From Alphaproteobacteria bacterium (GTDB lineage Bacteria; Pseudomonadota; Alphaproteobacteria; UBA828): a DNA stretch of 64,000 nt. A program made the position numbers and the translations under genes. The notes below the pieces were generated by a model. It had not been told where the DNA came from and searched no databases. It saw nothing but the letters and a program-made list of their open reading frames with translations. Positions 9,916-18,953 of this stretch are shown here, one piece after another. Each line of letters starts with the position of its first letter. Position 1 is the stretch's first letter. The stretch is taken from NCBI GenBank assembly GCA_965237415.1, contig CBDEFM010000002.1, positions 896,001 through 960,000 of the forward strand, given 5' to 3'.

Positions 9916-10530
9916 CTGATGGCGACGCACACGCCGCTGTTCTTTGGCAGCGCGGCAGTGATGGCGTCTCCTGCGGGATTGTCGTCGCGATATCCCTGCG
10001 CGACAGCCCACTTCATCACCGCTCCGATACGCTGGCGCACCCGCCGCATGGTCTCGTTCTTCGTATGCCAGTGCGGGATCAGGACGGCCATCACGTCCGC
10101 TGTGTCGATTTGGTCGACCCGCTTCTGCCCGAGCCGCCGCATGGCGTAGTTCCTTAGGCTCGCCCGCCATTGCTTCTCGCTCTTGCCGGCGTCCTTCCAG
10201 CCTTCGCAGTGGATGCCGATCACGGTCTCGACCGCCTCGGCGAATGTCGGCACGTCCGGCTGACGTTTGAGTGCGAGCGGATCGCCGCCCGCCCGTGCAA
10301 TCTTCCGGTACTCGAAGGCCGTTTGCCGGGCTTCGGCCAGCGTGACATACGGAAAGCCACCCAACCCTGCGTCACGGCGAACGCCGTTGACGGTGCCGCG
10401 CCATATCCATTGCCTTGAGATCGATTTCCGCTTGCGCGATTGGCAAACCCGCAACCTGAGGCCGTGTTCGTCGCCGTAGACCCCAGGCTGGTCGACGTTT
10501 CGGACAAGAGCTGCCGTTAGTCGTCCTCCA
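9916..10530 (-). pseudogene. P4-like tyrosine integrase, N-terminal half only
   Basis: Arm-binding domain GLRLRV..WIWR..RRDAGLGGFPYVTLAEAR and core-binding region; catalytic domain lost at the IS256 boundary. Confidence 0.88.
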
Positions 10531-10819
10531 GTATAGCCACAGGTCCGACGCACGGACGATTTGGTGCCTGCTCCGTCCGACGCATCCAAACCCTCCATGG
10601 CCTAGAAGCCTTCTAAAATCGTACAGACCATTTGGTACATGGCCGGACATATCCCGTGTTACCGACACAACCCGGGCGCTCGTGTTGACGACGCGCTTGG
10701 CCGACGGTTAGACTCGCTACCCATCCGCAGCAGGACGCAACGATAACAATGGCTTGTGGGGAGGCTGAGGGGGCAGTGTCGCACTACAGCCGGGCAGTGA
10801 CGGGTTGGCAGGAGTCGGT

Positions 10820-11902
10820 ATGAGCGACATCGCCGTCGACCTGATCAACGTTACCAAGCGTTTCGGGCGGGATATCCTCGCCGTCGACGATCTGTCCCTG
10901 CACATCGCGCAGGGCGAGTACATTTCCCTCATCGGCCCATCGGGGTGCGGCAAGACCACGACGCTCCGCATGATCTCCGGCTTCGACGAACCGACCGACG
11001 GCCAGATCCTCATCGCTGGACACGACTGCACCCACCTCGAGCCGCACGAGCGCAACACCGCCATGGTTTTCCAGCACTTCGCGCTGTTCCCGCACATGTC
11101 GGTGGCGCAGAACGTCGAGTTCGGCCTGCGCATGCGCAAGGTGTCGGCGGCGGAACGCTCCCGGCGGGCGCTTGAGATGTTGCGCGCCGTTGACATCGAC
11201 GACCTGGCCGACCGCCCGATCCAGCAGCTCTCCGGCGGCCAGCAGCAGCGGGTGGGCTTAGCGCGCGCCCTAGTCACGCGCCCCGACGTGCTGCTGCTGG
11301 ACGAACCGCTGGGTTCGCTAGATGCGAACCTGCGCTTGCGCATGCAGCGCGAGCTGAGGCGCCTCAACACCGATTTCGGTGTCGCCTTCGTGCACGTCAC
11401 CCACACCCAGACCGAGGCCTTCGCGGTCTCCGACCGGGTGGTCATCATAAATCAGGGCCGGATCGAGCAGATCGGCCCGCCCGAGGAGGTGACCCACCGC
11501 CCGAAGAACCTGTTCGTCGCCCAGTTCGTGGGCAAGAACAACATCCTTCAGGGCGAGATCACCGGCGTGGAGGGGGGCATCGCCACCGTCGCCGGGCCGT
11601 CCGGCACATTCCGCGCGCGCATCGCCGACGACGCGCCGGCACGCAAGGACTGCCACGTGGTGGTGCGCGCGAGCCTCACCAATCTGGTGACCAACGGCGA
11701 GACGCCGGACAACACGGTCGAGGGCGAGGTGGCGTTCTCCATCTTCGAGACCTCGCAAATCGAGTTCAACGTCGACCTGCCGAGCGGCGACTCGCTCCGC
11801 GTGGACGAGTACGAGCCGCCGGCGACGATCACCGCGCTCAAGCGCGGCGACAAGGTGAGGGTGGGCTGGAACGCGGACGATGCCCTGGTGGTGTTCGAGT
11901 GA
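10820..11902 (+). CDS. PotA-like ABC ATPase
   Basis: GPSGCGKTT, LSGGQQQR, LLLDEP, C-terminal TOBE-like region. Confidence 0.93.
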   Translation: MSDIAVDLINVTKRFGRDILAVDDLSLHIAQGEYISLIGPSGCGKTTTLRMISGFDEPTDGQILIAGHDCTHLEPHERNTAMVFQHFALFPHMSVAQNVEFGLRMRKVSAAERSRRALEMLRAVDIDDLADRPIQQLSGGQQQRVGLARALVTRPDVLLLDEPLGSLDANLRLRMQRELRRLNTDFGVAFVHVTHTQTEAFAVSDRVVIINQGRIEQIGPPEEVTHRPKNLFVAQFVGKNNILQGEITGVEGGIATVAGPSGTFRARIADDAPARKDCHVVVRASLTNLVTNGETPDNTVEGEVAFSIFETSQIEFNVDLPSGDSLRVDEYEPPATITALKRGDKVRVGWNADDALVVFE

Positions 11903-11962
11903 GCGCCCGGGCCACGCCGGCACGTGGGCGCGGGCGGCCGTGACCGGCGGGGCGGCAGTCAC

Positions 11963-12868
11963 GTGACGGACGTCGCACAAAGCCCTCCCAAGGCGCTTTC
12001 GCCGGGGATGACACTCACCAAGAAGCGCGCGCGCCAAGCCCTCCTGCTGGTCGCCGCGCCCACCATCCTGATGGTGCTCTTCTGCGGCATCCCGCTGGTC
12101 TCGGTCGTCGTCTTCAGCTTCTACAAGCCCTGGGCCTACGGCATGAAGCCGGGCTTCGTGTTCGACAACTACATCGAGTTCTTCGGCACCGCGACCTACC
12201 TGCAGACCCTCGGCTTCACCTTCCTGATCGCCATCATCGTGCTGCCGCTGATGGTGCTGCTCTGCTATCCCGTCGCCTACTACGTCTGCTTCTTCGTGAA
12301 GAGCGAGCGGCTCAAGCTCTACATCCTGCTTCTCTGCATCGTCCCCTTCTGGACCAGCGCGCTGATCCGCATGGTGGCGTGGCTGCCGCTGCTCGGGCGC
12401 AAGGGGTTGATCAACCAGATTCTGATGGGGATCGGCATTATCGACGAGCCGGTCGAGATCCTGCTCTACAGCCAACCCTCCATGGTGTTCTCCATGGCGA
12501 TCATCTGGTCGGTCTTCATGATCGGCCCGATCTATTTCTCCATGGCCAAGATCGACCGCCAGGTGATCGAGGCGGCGCGCGACCTCGGCGCCTCGGCCTG
12601 GACCACCTTCTGGCGGATCATCGTCCCCCTCACCAAGCCGGGTCTGGCGACCGGGATCCTTTTCGTGTTCGTCGTCATGATGGGCGAATTCGCGATCCAA
12701 AAGTTCATCGGCGGCGGCAAGACGACCATGCTGGCCAACGTGCTCATCCAGCAGCAGAGCCTCCTGCAGTGGCCCGCAGCGTCGGCGGTGGCAGTGGTCA
12801 TGGTGCTGGTCTCGATCCCAGTGATCGTGCTGATCTTCCAGTTCGTCAAGCTGCGTGAGGAGCTCTGA
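11963..12868 (+). CDS. PotB-like ABC permease
   Basis: Hydrophobic helices; PFWTSALIR; EAARDLGA. Confidence 0.92.
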   Translation: MTDVAQSPPKALSPGMTLTKKRARQALLLVAAPTILMVLFCGIPLVSVVVFSFYKPWAYGMKPGFVFDNYIEFFGTATYLQTLGFTFLIAIIVLPLMVLLCYPVAYYVCFFVKSERLKLYILLLCIVPFWTSALIRMVAWLPLLGRKGLINQILMGIGIIDEPVEILLYSQPSMVFSMAIIWSVFMIGPIYFSMAKIDRQVIEAARDLGASAWTTFWRIIVPLTKPGLATGILFVFVVMMGEFAIQKFIGGGKTTMLANVLIQQQSLLQWPAASAVAVVMVLVSIPVIVLIFQFVKLREEL

Positions 12869-12871
12869 GCC

Positions 12872-13753
12872 GTGCCGGAGCCCACGAGCTATCACGTCGC
12901 CAAGTTCGGCTGGGTGAAGATCGTGCTCGCGGTCTACGTGATGATCTTCGTGCTGATGCTCTACGGGCCGTTCATCGTCATGGCGATCCTCTCCTTCCAG
13001 GGCGAGAGAGGCGGGCCGACCTTCCCCATGCAGGGGACGAGCATTTTCTGGTACGAGCGGCTCTTCAACCCGTCGGGCACGGCACGCGACATCGGCGAGT
13101 ATGTCGGCGATTTCGGCAATGCCGGCCTGCGCTCGCTGGTGCTCGCGCTGCTCACCATGACCATCTCCACGGTGCTTGCCACCATGGCGGCGCAGGCCAT
13201 GCGCGCGCGGTTCGTGGGCGCCGGGCCGATCTTTTACGTCTACCTGGTCGGGATCATGATCCCGGGCGTCACGGTGGGCCTGGGTCACGCGCTCTTCTGG
13301 CAGGGCATCGGCATCGACAAGCACTGGCTGGGCACCACGCTGCCGGTCCACATCCTGTGGACCTTCCCGTTCTGCTTCATCGTGATGTTGACGGTGTTCA
13401 ACCGCTTCGACCGCTCCACCGAGGAGGCGGCGATGTGCCTCGGCGCCAACAGCTGGCGCACCTTCTGGCACATCACGCTGCCGATCATGAAGCCGGGGAT
13501 CATGGCGTCCGCGCTCTTCGGCTTCACGCTCTCCTTCGACGAATTCGCGCGCACCGTGCTGGTGTCCGGATCGCAGAACACGCTGCCCCTCGACGTACTG
13601 GGCGCGACCACGATCCGCATCACGCCACGCATCTTCGCCGTCGGCGTCATCATCACCCTCATCTCGTTCGCGGTGATCGGGATATTTGGCTACCTGATGA
13701 CCGCGAGCCGTTACCGGCCTCGCTTCACGGGCCAAGAGGAGCACCAGGTGTAG
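12872..13753 (+). CDS. PotC-like ABC permease
   Basis: EEAAMCLGA, FTLSFDEF, TLP motifs. Confidence 0.92.
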   Translation: MPEPTSYHVAKFGWVKIVLAVYVMIFVLMLYGPFIVMAILSFQGERGGPTFPMQGTSIFWYERLFNPSGTARDIGEYVGDFGNAGLRSLVLALLTMTISTVLATMAAQAMRARFVGAGPIFYVYLVGIMIPGVTVGLGHALFWQGIGIDKHWLGTTLPVHILWTFPFCFIVMLTVFNRFDRSTEEAAMCLGANSWRTFWHITLPIMKPGIMASALFGFTLSFDEFARTVLVSGSQNTLPLDVLGATTIRITPRIFAVGVIITLISFAVIGIFGYLMTASRYRPRFTGQEEHQV

Positions 13754-13820
13754 TCGGGCCGGCCGGGCGCCGCCCGGACCGGATTCGATCGGAGAACGGA
13801 GACTTCAAAGGGAGGAAACT

Positions 13821-15179
13821 GTGGATAGCAAGCATCTCGAAACCAAATACGAACGTCTGTCGGATCGGATGGATCTCCATACCGCGATGGCGGCCGAAGA
13901 GAAGGCGATCAAGCGCTTCCGCGACGCCGAGGCGGAGGAGAAGACGGGCGACGGCATTGACCGCCGGACCTTCCTCGCCGCAGCGGGCGTGACCGCGGCG
14001 GCCGTTGGCACCGGCCTCAGCGCCGGCACCGCGCGCGCGGGCTTCGCGGACCGTGTGGCCGGCATCGAGCAGGACGACCCGATGCAGACCATCGGCCTCG
14101 GCGTCTCGGTGCAGGAGCGCTTCTTCAACAGGTTCAAGGAGGACACCGGCCTCGACGTGACCGGGACGGTGGCGGGCTTGAGCGAGATGATCTCCAAGTT
14201 CATCACCGGCGGCAACAAGACCTACTCGATGATCGAGACCAACGCCTACCGCCAGCCGGCGCTGCGCGAGGCCGAGGTGATCGTGCCGATCCCGGCCGAG
14301 AAGATCACCAACTGGGAGTTCGCCGATTCGCTCTATACCGAGCCCGGCCATATCGGCGCCGACGACGTGACCGGCTGGCCGTCCAAGATCGTCTATTGGG
14401 ACGAGAACAAGGACTCCTTCTACGGCGTGCCGCAGTTCTACAACATGGACGCGCTCGGCGTGCTGCCGCACAAGTTCGCGCCCACCCAGCCGGATTTCGC
14501 GATCCCCGATTCGCTCGGGCTGCTCTACACCGGCAAGTGGCGCGACGTGGATGCGACCGGCAAGACCTCGATCCAGAACGACGAGCTGATGGGGCCGCCG
14601 CGCGCCTACAGCTTCCTCTGGAAGAACGGGATCATGGACCCGCCCAAGGTCGGCAACACCGACATGCAGCCGGATGAGGTGAAGGAGGTCATCGACTACC
14701 TCATCGCCGCCAAGAACGACGGCGTGTTCCGCCTCATCTGGAACAACTACGGCGAGGCCGTGAACCTGCTCGCCTCCGAGGAGGTGTGGGGCATGGACTG
14801 CTGGAACCCGGTGGTCGAGGACGTGAAGAAGCGCGGCATCCCGTGCTGGTACGTCGATGTCTTCGAAGGCACCGCCGCCTGGGTCCACACCATGTGCCTC
14901 TCCAGCGAGGCGCCGGAGCCCGAGGTCGCCATGGCCTACATGGACTGGTGCCTCGACGGCTGGTGGGGCTCGGCGGTGGCGCCCCAGGGCTACTATTCGC
15001 CCTCGCCCGCCCCGGTGCTCAACTATCTGAGCGAGGAGGACTATCGCACCTGGTACCTGGGCAAGGGCCGCGACACCGGCCCGAAGACCAGGCGCCAGTC
15101 CAACATCGCGTTCTGGATGGTGTGGCCGACCCACGTCACCAATTACATCAAGGAGTGGAACCGCTTCAGCGCGGCCTGA
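13821..15179 (+). CDS. PotD/PotF-like substrate-binding protein, Tat-exported
   Basis: IDRRTFL twin-arginine motif followed by hydrophobic stretch and ARA; operon position; paralog at 24200. Confidence 0.85.
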   Translation: MDSKHLETKYERLSDRMDLHTAMAAEEKAIKRFRDAEAEEKTGDGIDRRTFLAAAGVTAAAVGTGLSAGTARAGFADRVAGIEQDDPMQTIGLGVSVQERFFNRFKEDTGLDVTGTVAGLSEMISKFITGGNKTYSMIETNAYRQPALREAEVIVPIPAEKITNWEFADSLYTEPGHIGADDVTGWPSKIVYWDENKDSFYGVPQFYNMDALGVLPHKFAPTQPDFAIPDSLGLLYTGKWRDVDATGKTSIQNDELMGPPRAYSFLWKNGIMDPPKVGNTDMQPDEVKEVIDYLIAAKNDGVFRLIWNNYGEAVNLLASEEVWGMDCWNPVVEDVKKRGIPCWYVDVFEGTAAWVHTMCLSSEAPEPEVAMAYMDWCLDGWWGSAVAPQGYYSPSPAPVLNYLSEEDYRTWYLGKGRDTGPKTRRQSNIAFWMVWPTHVTNYIKEWNRFSAA

Positions 15180-15200
15180 TCCGCTCCTGTTCGACCAAGA

Positions 15201-15237
15201 GCGGCGCGGCCGAGAGCAAGATTATCGGCCGCGCCGC
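15201..15237 (+). terminator. 13-bp stem hairpin between the SBP and chaperonin genes (terminator or mRNA stabiliser)
   Basis: GCGGCGCGGCCGA...TCGGCCGCGCCGC with no U-tract. Confidence 0.5.
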
Positions 15238-15273
15238 CGCTAACCGCCGCCGCTGCGCGAGGAATATCGTCGG

Positions 15274-16869
15274 ATGGCGCTGGCGCGGCCTAAGCACATC
15301 AAGACAGGCGGCGAAGCCCGCGAGGCGCTGATGGTGGGCTTCGGCCGCGCCGCGCGGCTCGCGGGGCTCACGCTCGGCCCCCACGGCGGCCGCGTGGTGC
15401 TGGAGCGCGCGGACGACTATCCCGAGCTCACCCGCGACGGCTTCACCGCGATCAGGGACCTGGAGGACGACGACCGCTTCGCGACCCTCGGCACGGAGCT
15501 GCTCAAGGCCTGCGTCAAGAAGACCCGGGACGCCGTCGGCGACGGCTCGACGACCACGGCGCTGCTCGCCGGCGCCTTCGCGAAGGCAGGACTGCGCCTG
15601 GTGGCGGCCGGGATCGACCCCCCCTCGGTGCGGCGCGGCTTCGACGGGCTCACGCGCGACGCGCTGGAAGCACTGAAGCGGCAGAGCGGCCCCGTTGGCG
15701 GCCACACGATGCTAGCCCAGCTGGCCCTCGTTGCGGCCGACGGCGACGACGAGATCGCGGGCCTCGTGGCCAAGGCGGTGGAAAGGCTCGGGCCCGAGGG
15801 CGTCGTCAACGTCTCCTATCATCAGAGCGTCGATACGACGATCGACTACATGAGCGGCATGGCCTTCGACCACGGCCTGCTGTCCCGCAATTTCCTGCTC
15901 AAGGCCGGCGAGACGGCGGTTGCGCTCGACCAGCCCCACCTGCTCATGTGCCAGGGCGAGCTGACCGAAGCGGCCCAGCTTGTGCCGGCGATGGAGGCGG
16001 CGCGCCAAAGCGGCCGCAGCCTGCTGGTGCTGGCCCAGGACGTCTCCGACCAGGCGCTCGCGGTCTTGCTCGCCAACCACCGCGAGGGGACGGTCCGCTG
16101 CGCGGCGGTGAAGGGGCCGGACTCCGGCATCTATCGCCATGTCGCGACCGACGACGTCGCGGTGCTCACGGGTGGGCGTCTGGTCGGCGAGGAAACCGGC
16201 CTATCGCCGGAGAAGATCGATGGCGCCGCGCTCGGCAGCGCCAAGCGGGCGGTCGTGGACGGGGTCTCCACCACAATCTTCAGCGGCGGTGGCGCGGCGG
16301 AGGCGGTGGAGCGGCGCGCGGCACAGCTTCGCGACGCGATCGGCCGCGAGCGCAAGAGCTACGACCGGGGCAAGCTGGAGGCGCGCCTCGCCCGGCTCGT
16401 CTCGGGCGTGGCCAACATCCGGGTCGGCGGCGTCACCGAGACCGCCTGGAAGGCGCGCCATCGCGCCTGCGAGAACGCGCTGAACACCGCCCGTGCCGCA
16501 GCGGCCGACGGTGTGGTCGCGGGTGGCGGCGTGGCGCTCGCACGCGCCGCCTTCGCCATGGAGGACGCCGCACCCGGTGCAGGCGATCCCTTGCGCCGGG
16601 CCTTCGCCCGCGCCCTGCAGGAGCCCTTCCGTCGCATAAGCGCGGCCGCCGGCTGCGAGCCGTCGCTCGCCCTCGAAGCATTGAGGCTAAAAGGGGCGGA
16701 GATCGGCTTCGACGCACGCACAGGCGCCTTCTGCCCCTATCTGGAGGCTGGCGTGGTCGATGCGGCCCGCGTAACGGCGACGGCACTCACCAACGCGGCC
16801 GTTACCGCTGGCCAGCTCTTGTCCACAGGATGCGTTGTCGCGCTGGCCCGGCGGCCGGACGCGGTGTAG
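15274..16869 (+). CDS. Divergent Cpn60/GroEL-like chaperonin without adjacent GroES
   Basis: TLGPHG, TRDG, GDGSTT, GMAFDHG, YDRGKLEARLARL, GVVAGGGVAL; no GGM tail. Confidence 0.9.
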   Translation: MALARPKHIKTGGEAREALMVGFGRAARLAGLTLGPHGGRVVLERADDYPELTRDGFTAIRDLEDDDRFATLGTELLKACVKKTRDAVGDGSTTTALLAGAFAKAGLRLVAAGIDPPSVRRGFDGLTRDALEALKRQSGPVGGHTMLAQLALVAADGDDEIAGLVAKAVERLGPEGVVNVSYHQSVDTTIDYMSGMAFDHGLLSRNFLLKAGETAVALDQPHLLMCQGELTEAAQLVPAMEAARQSGRSLLVLAQDVSDQALAVLLANHREGTVRCAAVKGPDSGIYRHVATDDVAVLTGGRLVGEETGLSPEKIDGAALGSAKRAVVDGVSTTIFSGGGAAEAVERRAAQLRDAIGRERKSYDRGKLEARLARLVSGVANIRVGGVTETAWKARHRACENALNTARAAAADGVVAGGGVALARAAFAMEDAAPGAGDPLRRAFARALQEPFRRISAAAGCEPSLALEALRLKGAEIGFDARTGAFCPYLEAGVVDAARVTATALTNAAVTAGQLLSTGCVVALARRPDAV

Positions 16870-16893
16870 GGCCTCGCTTTGCCGCGCCGGCGC

Positions 16894-18939
16894 TCAGGCG
16901 TCGGTGATGCGGAGGAATCCGTAATCGTCGACCCGGAGCGTCTGGCCCGGATGGACGAGCGTGGTGGCGGTATCCTCCTCCACGATCAGCGGCCCCTCGA
17001 GCTCAGCGCCGGGGGGCAGCCGGTCGCGCGCGTAGACCGCGGCCTCGTGGCGGCCGTCTTCGGCGAAATCGGCCATGCGCGCGGGCCTGGACGCCGCCTC
17101 AAGCGAGCGCCCTTCCGCCGAGAGCCTCTTCATCTCGGGCCTCGGCACCTTGGCGGACGCGGTGAGCCGGTAGGTCACGAACTCCACCGGCGTGTCGTCG
17201 AGGCGGAAGGTGTAGGTCTTCTCGTGCGCCTCGTGGAAGGCAGCGAGGATGGCGTCCACCCGCGCGGCGGCGATGTCCACGGGCACCGTGACCGAGTGCT
17301 CCTGCCCGAGATAGCGCAGGTCGATGCGGCCCTCGAAGGCGATCTCCGCCTCCCCCATGTGGGCGTCGGTGCGGAAGTAGCGCTCCGCCTCCTGACGGAG
17401 GCCGGCGAAGACCCCCCGCACGTCGCCCGCCGTCACCTCTTCGTCGCGCCTGAGCACGGTCTGCGTGAAGTCGCGCCGGGGCTCGGTGGCCAGCATCCCC
17501 CAGGCAGAGAAGAGCCCGGGATAGAGCGGCACGATGATCTCCTTCACGCCGAGCTCGCGGCCGAGCGGCGCGCCATGCATGGGGCCGCCGCCGCCGCCCA
17601 CGACCAGCGCGAAGTCGCGCGGGTCGTGGCCCCGCTGGATTGAGACCAGCTTCAGCGCGTTGATCATGTTGGCTTCCACCGTCCGGATGACCGCGACCGC
17701 CGCCGCGACCACGTTGATGCCGAGGCCCTGCGCGATCGTCTCCATCGCGGCCCGGGCCTTGCCCTCGTCGAGATCGAACTGCCCGCCGGCGAAGTTGGTG
17801 GGGTTGATGACGCCGGTGATGAGCTTGGCGTCGGTCACGGTGGGCTCGGCGCCGCCCCGGCCGTAGCAGGCGGGTCCCGGATCGGCGCCGGCGGAGACCG
17901 GCCCCACCTTCAGGAGTCCCGCCTTGTCGAGCCAGGCGATGGAGCCGCCGCCCGCGCCGATCTCGACGATGTCCACAACCGGAACCCGCAGCGGATAGCC
18001 GAACTGTGTGCGGCTATATTCCAGCCGGTATTCGGTCGTGATCTTCGGTGCGCCGTCCTCGATGGTGGTGCACTTCGCGGTGGTGCCGCCGATGTCCAGA
18101 TAGATCACCCGCGGCTCGTCGCAAAGGTCGCTGACGATGGCGGCGCCGTTGCAGCCCGCCGCCGGCCCCGATTCCATGAGGGTGATGGGGTGTTCCTTGG
18201 CCCAGGCGAAGCTGGTGGTGCCGCCGTTGGACTGCATGGCGGCGTAGGCGCAGTTGACGCCGGCGCCGCCCAACGCCTCCTCCAGGCGGCCGAAGTAGCT
18301 TTGCACGATGGGCTGCACATAGGCGTTGAGCACCGCCGTGTTGGCGCGCTCGTACTCGCGCCACTCGCGGGTGATCTCGTGCGAGGCGGTGATCGAGACG
18401 CCCTCCAGCCGCTCGCGCAGATGGGCCGCCGTCTCGGCCTCGTGCCGGGGCGCGACATAGCTGTGGAGGAACTGGATCGCGATCGCCTCGACCTCTTCCT
18501 CCCGGCAGCGCTGGACGATGTGGTCGAGGTCCGTCTTCTCCAGCGGCCTCAGCACGTTGCCCGCTGCATCCATGCGCTCGCGGACCTCGAAGCGCAGCAG
18601 GCGCGGCACGAAGGGGCGCTCCTTCTCGAAGCGCAGGTTGTAGAGGTCGGGCCTGTTGCCGCGCTGGATCTCCAGCACGTCGCGGAAGCCTGCGGTGGTG
18701 ACGAGCGCGGTGCGGGCACCCTTGCGCTCGGTGATGGCGTTGATCACCGTGGTCCCGCCGTGGACGAAGAAGTCCACCTCGCCAGGCGCTAGCCCTGAGA
18801 GCGCGATGGTGTCGATCACGCCCTGGGTCAGGTCACCCGGCGTGGTCAGCGACTTCGCCGTGCGCAGCGTCCCATCGGCGTCGTCGAAATAGACCAGATC
18901 GGTGAAGGTGCCGCCGATATCGGACGCGAGCCGGCCCAT
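16894..18939 (-). CDS. Hydantoinase A / oxoprolinase-family subunit
   Basis: DIGGTFTD, ESGPAAG, EIGAGGGS, SAGADPGPACY. Confidence 0.94.
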   Translation of the reverse strand: MGRLASDIGGTFTDLVYFDDADGTLRTAKSLTTPGDLTQGVIDTIALSGLAPGEVDFFVHGGTTVINAITERKGARTALVTTAGFRDVLEIQRGNRPDLYNLRFEKERPFVPRLLRFEVRERMDAAGNVLRPLEKTDLDHIVQRCREEEVEAIAIQFLHSYVAPRHEAETAAHLRERLEGVSITASHEITREWREYERANTAVLNAYVQPIVQSYFGRLEEALGGAGVNCAYAAMQSNGGTTSFAWAKEHPITLMESGPAAGCNGAAIVSDLCDEPRVIYLDIGGTTAKCTTIEDGAPKITTEYRLEYSRTQFGYPLRVPVVDIVEIGAGGGSIAWLDKAGLLKVGPVSAGADPGPACYGRGGAEPTVTDAKLITGVINPTNFAGGQFDLDEGKARAAMETIAQGLGINVVAAAVAVIRTVEANMINALKLVSIQRGHDPRDFALVVGGGGGPMHGAPLGRELGVKEIIVPLYPGLFSAWGMLATEPRRDFTQTVLRRDEEVTAGDVRGVFAGLRQEAERYFRTDAHMGEAEIAFEGRIDLRYLGQEHSVTVPVDIAAARVDAILAAFHEAHEKTYTFRLDDTPVEFVTYRLTASAKVPRPEMKRLSAEGRSLEAASRPARMADFAEDGRHEAAVYARDRLPPGAELEGPLIVEEDTATTLVHPGQTLRVDDYGFLRITDA

Positions 18940-18953
18940 GGTCGGTCCGCGCG

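Noticed and set aside
11318-13744. 808-aa minus-strand ORF and similar long antisense ORFs (e.g. 2586-3824, 13725-15134, 19212-20759, 49032-50645)
   Set aside because: Shadow frames of well-supported genes in high-GC DNA, with no recognisable motifs.
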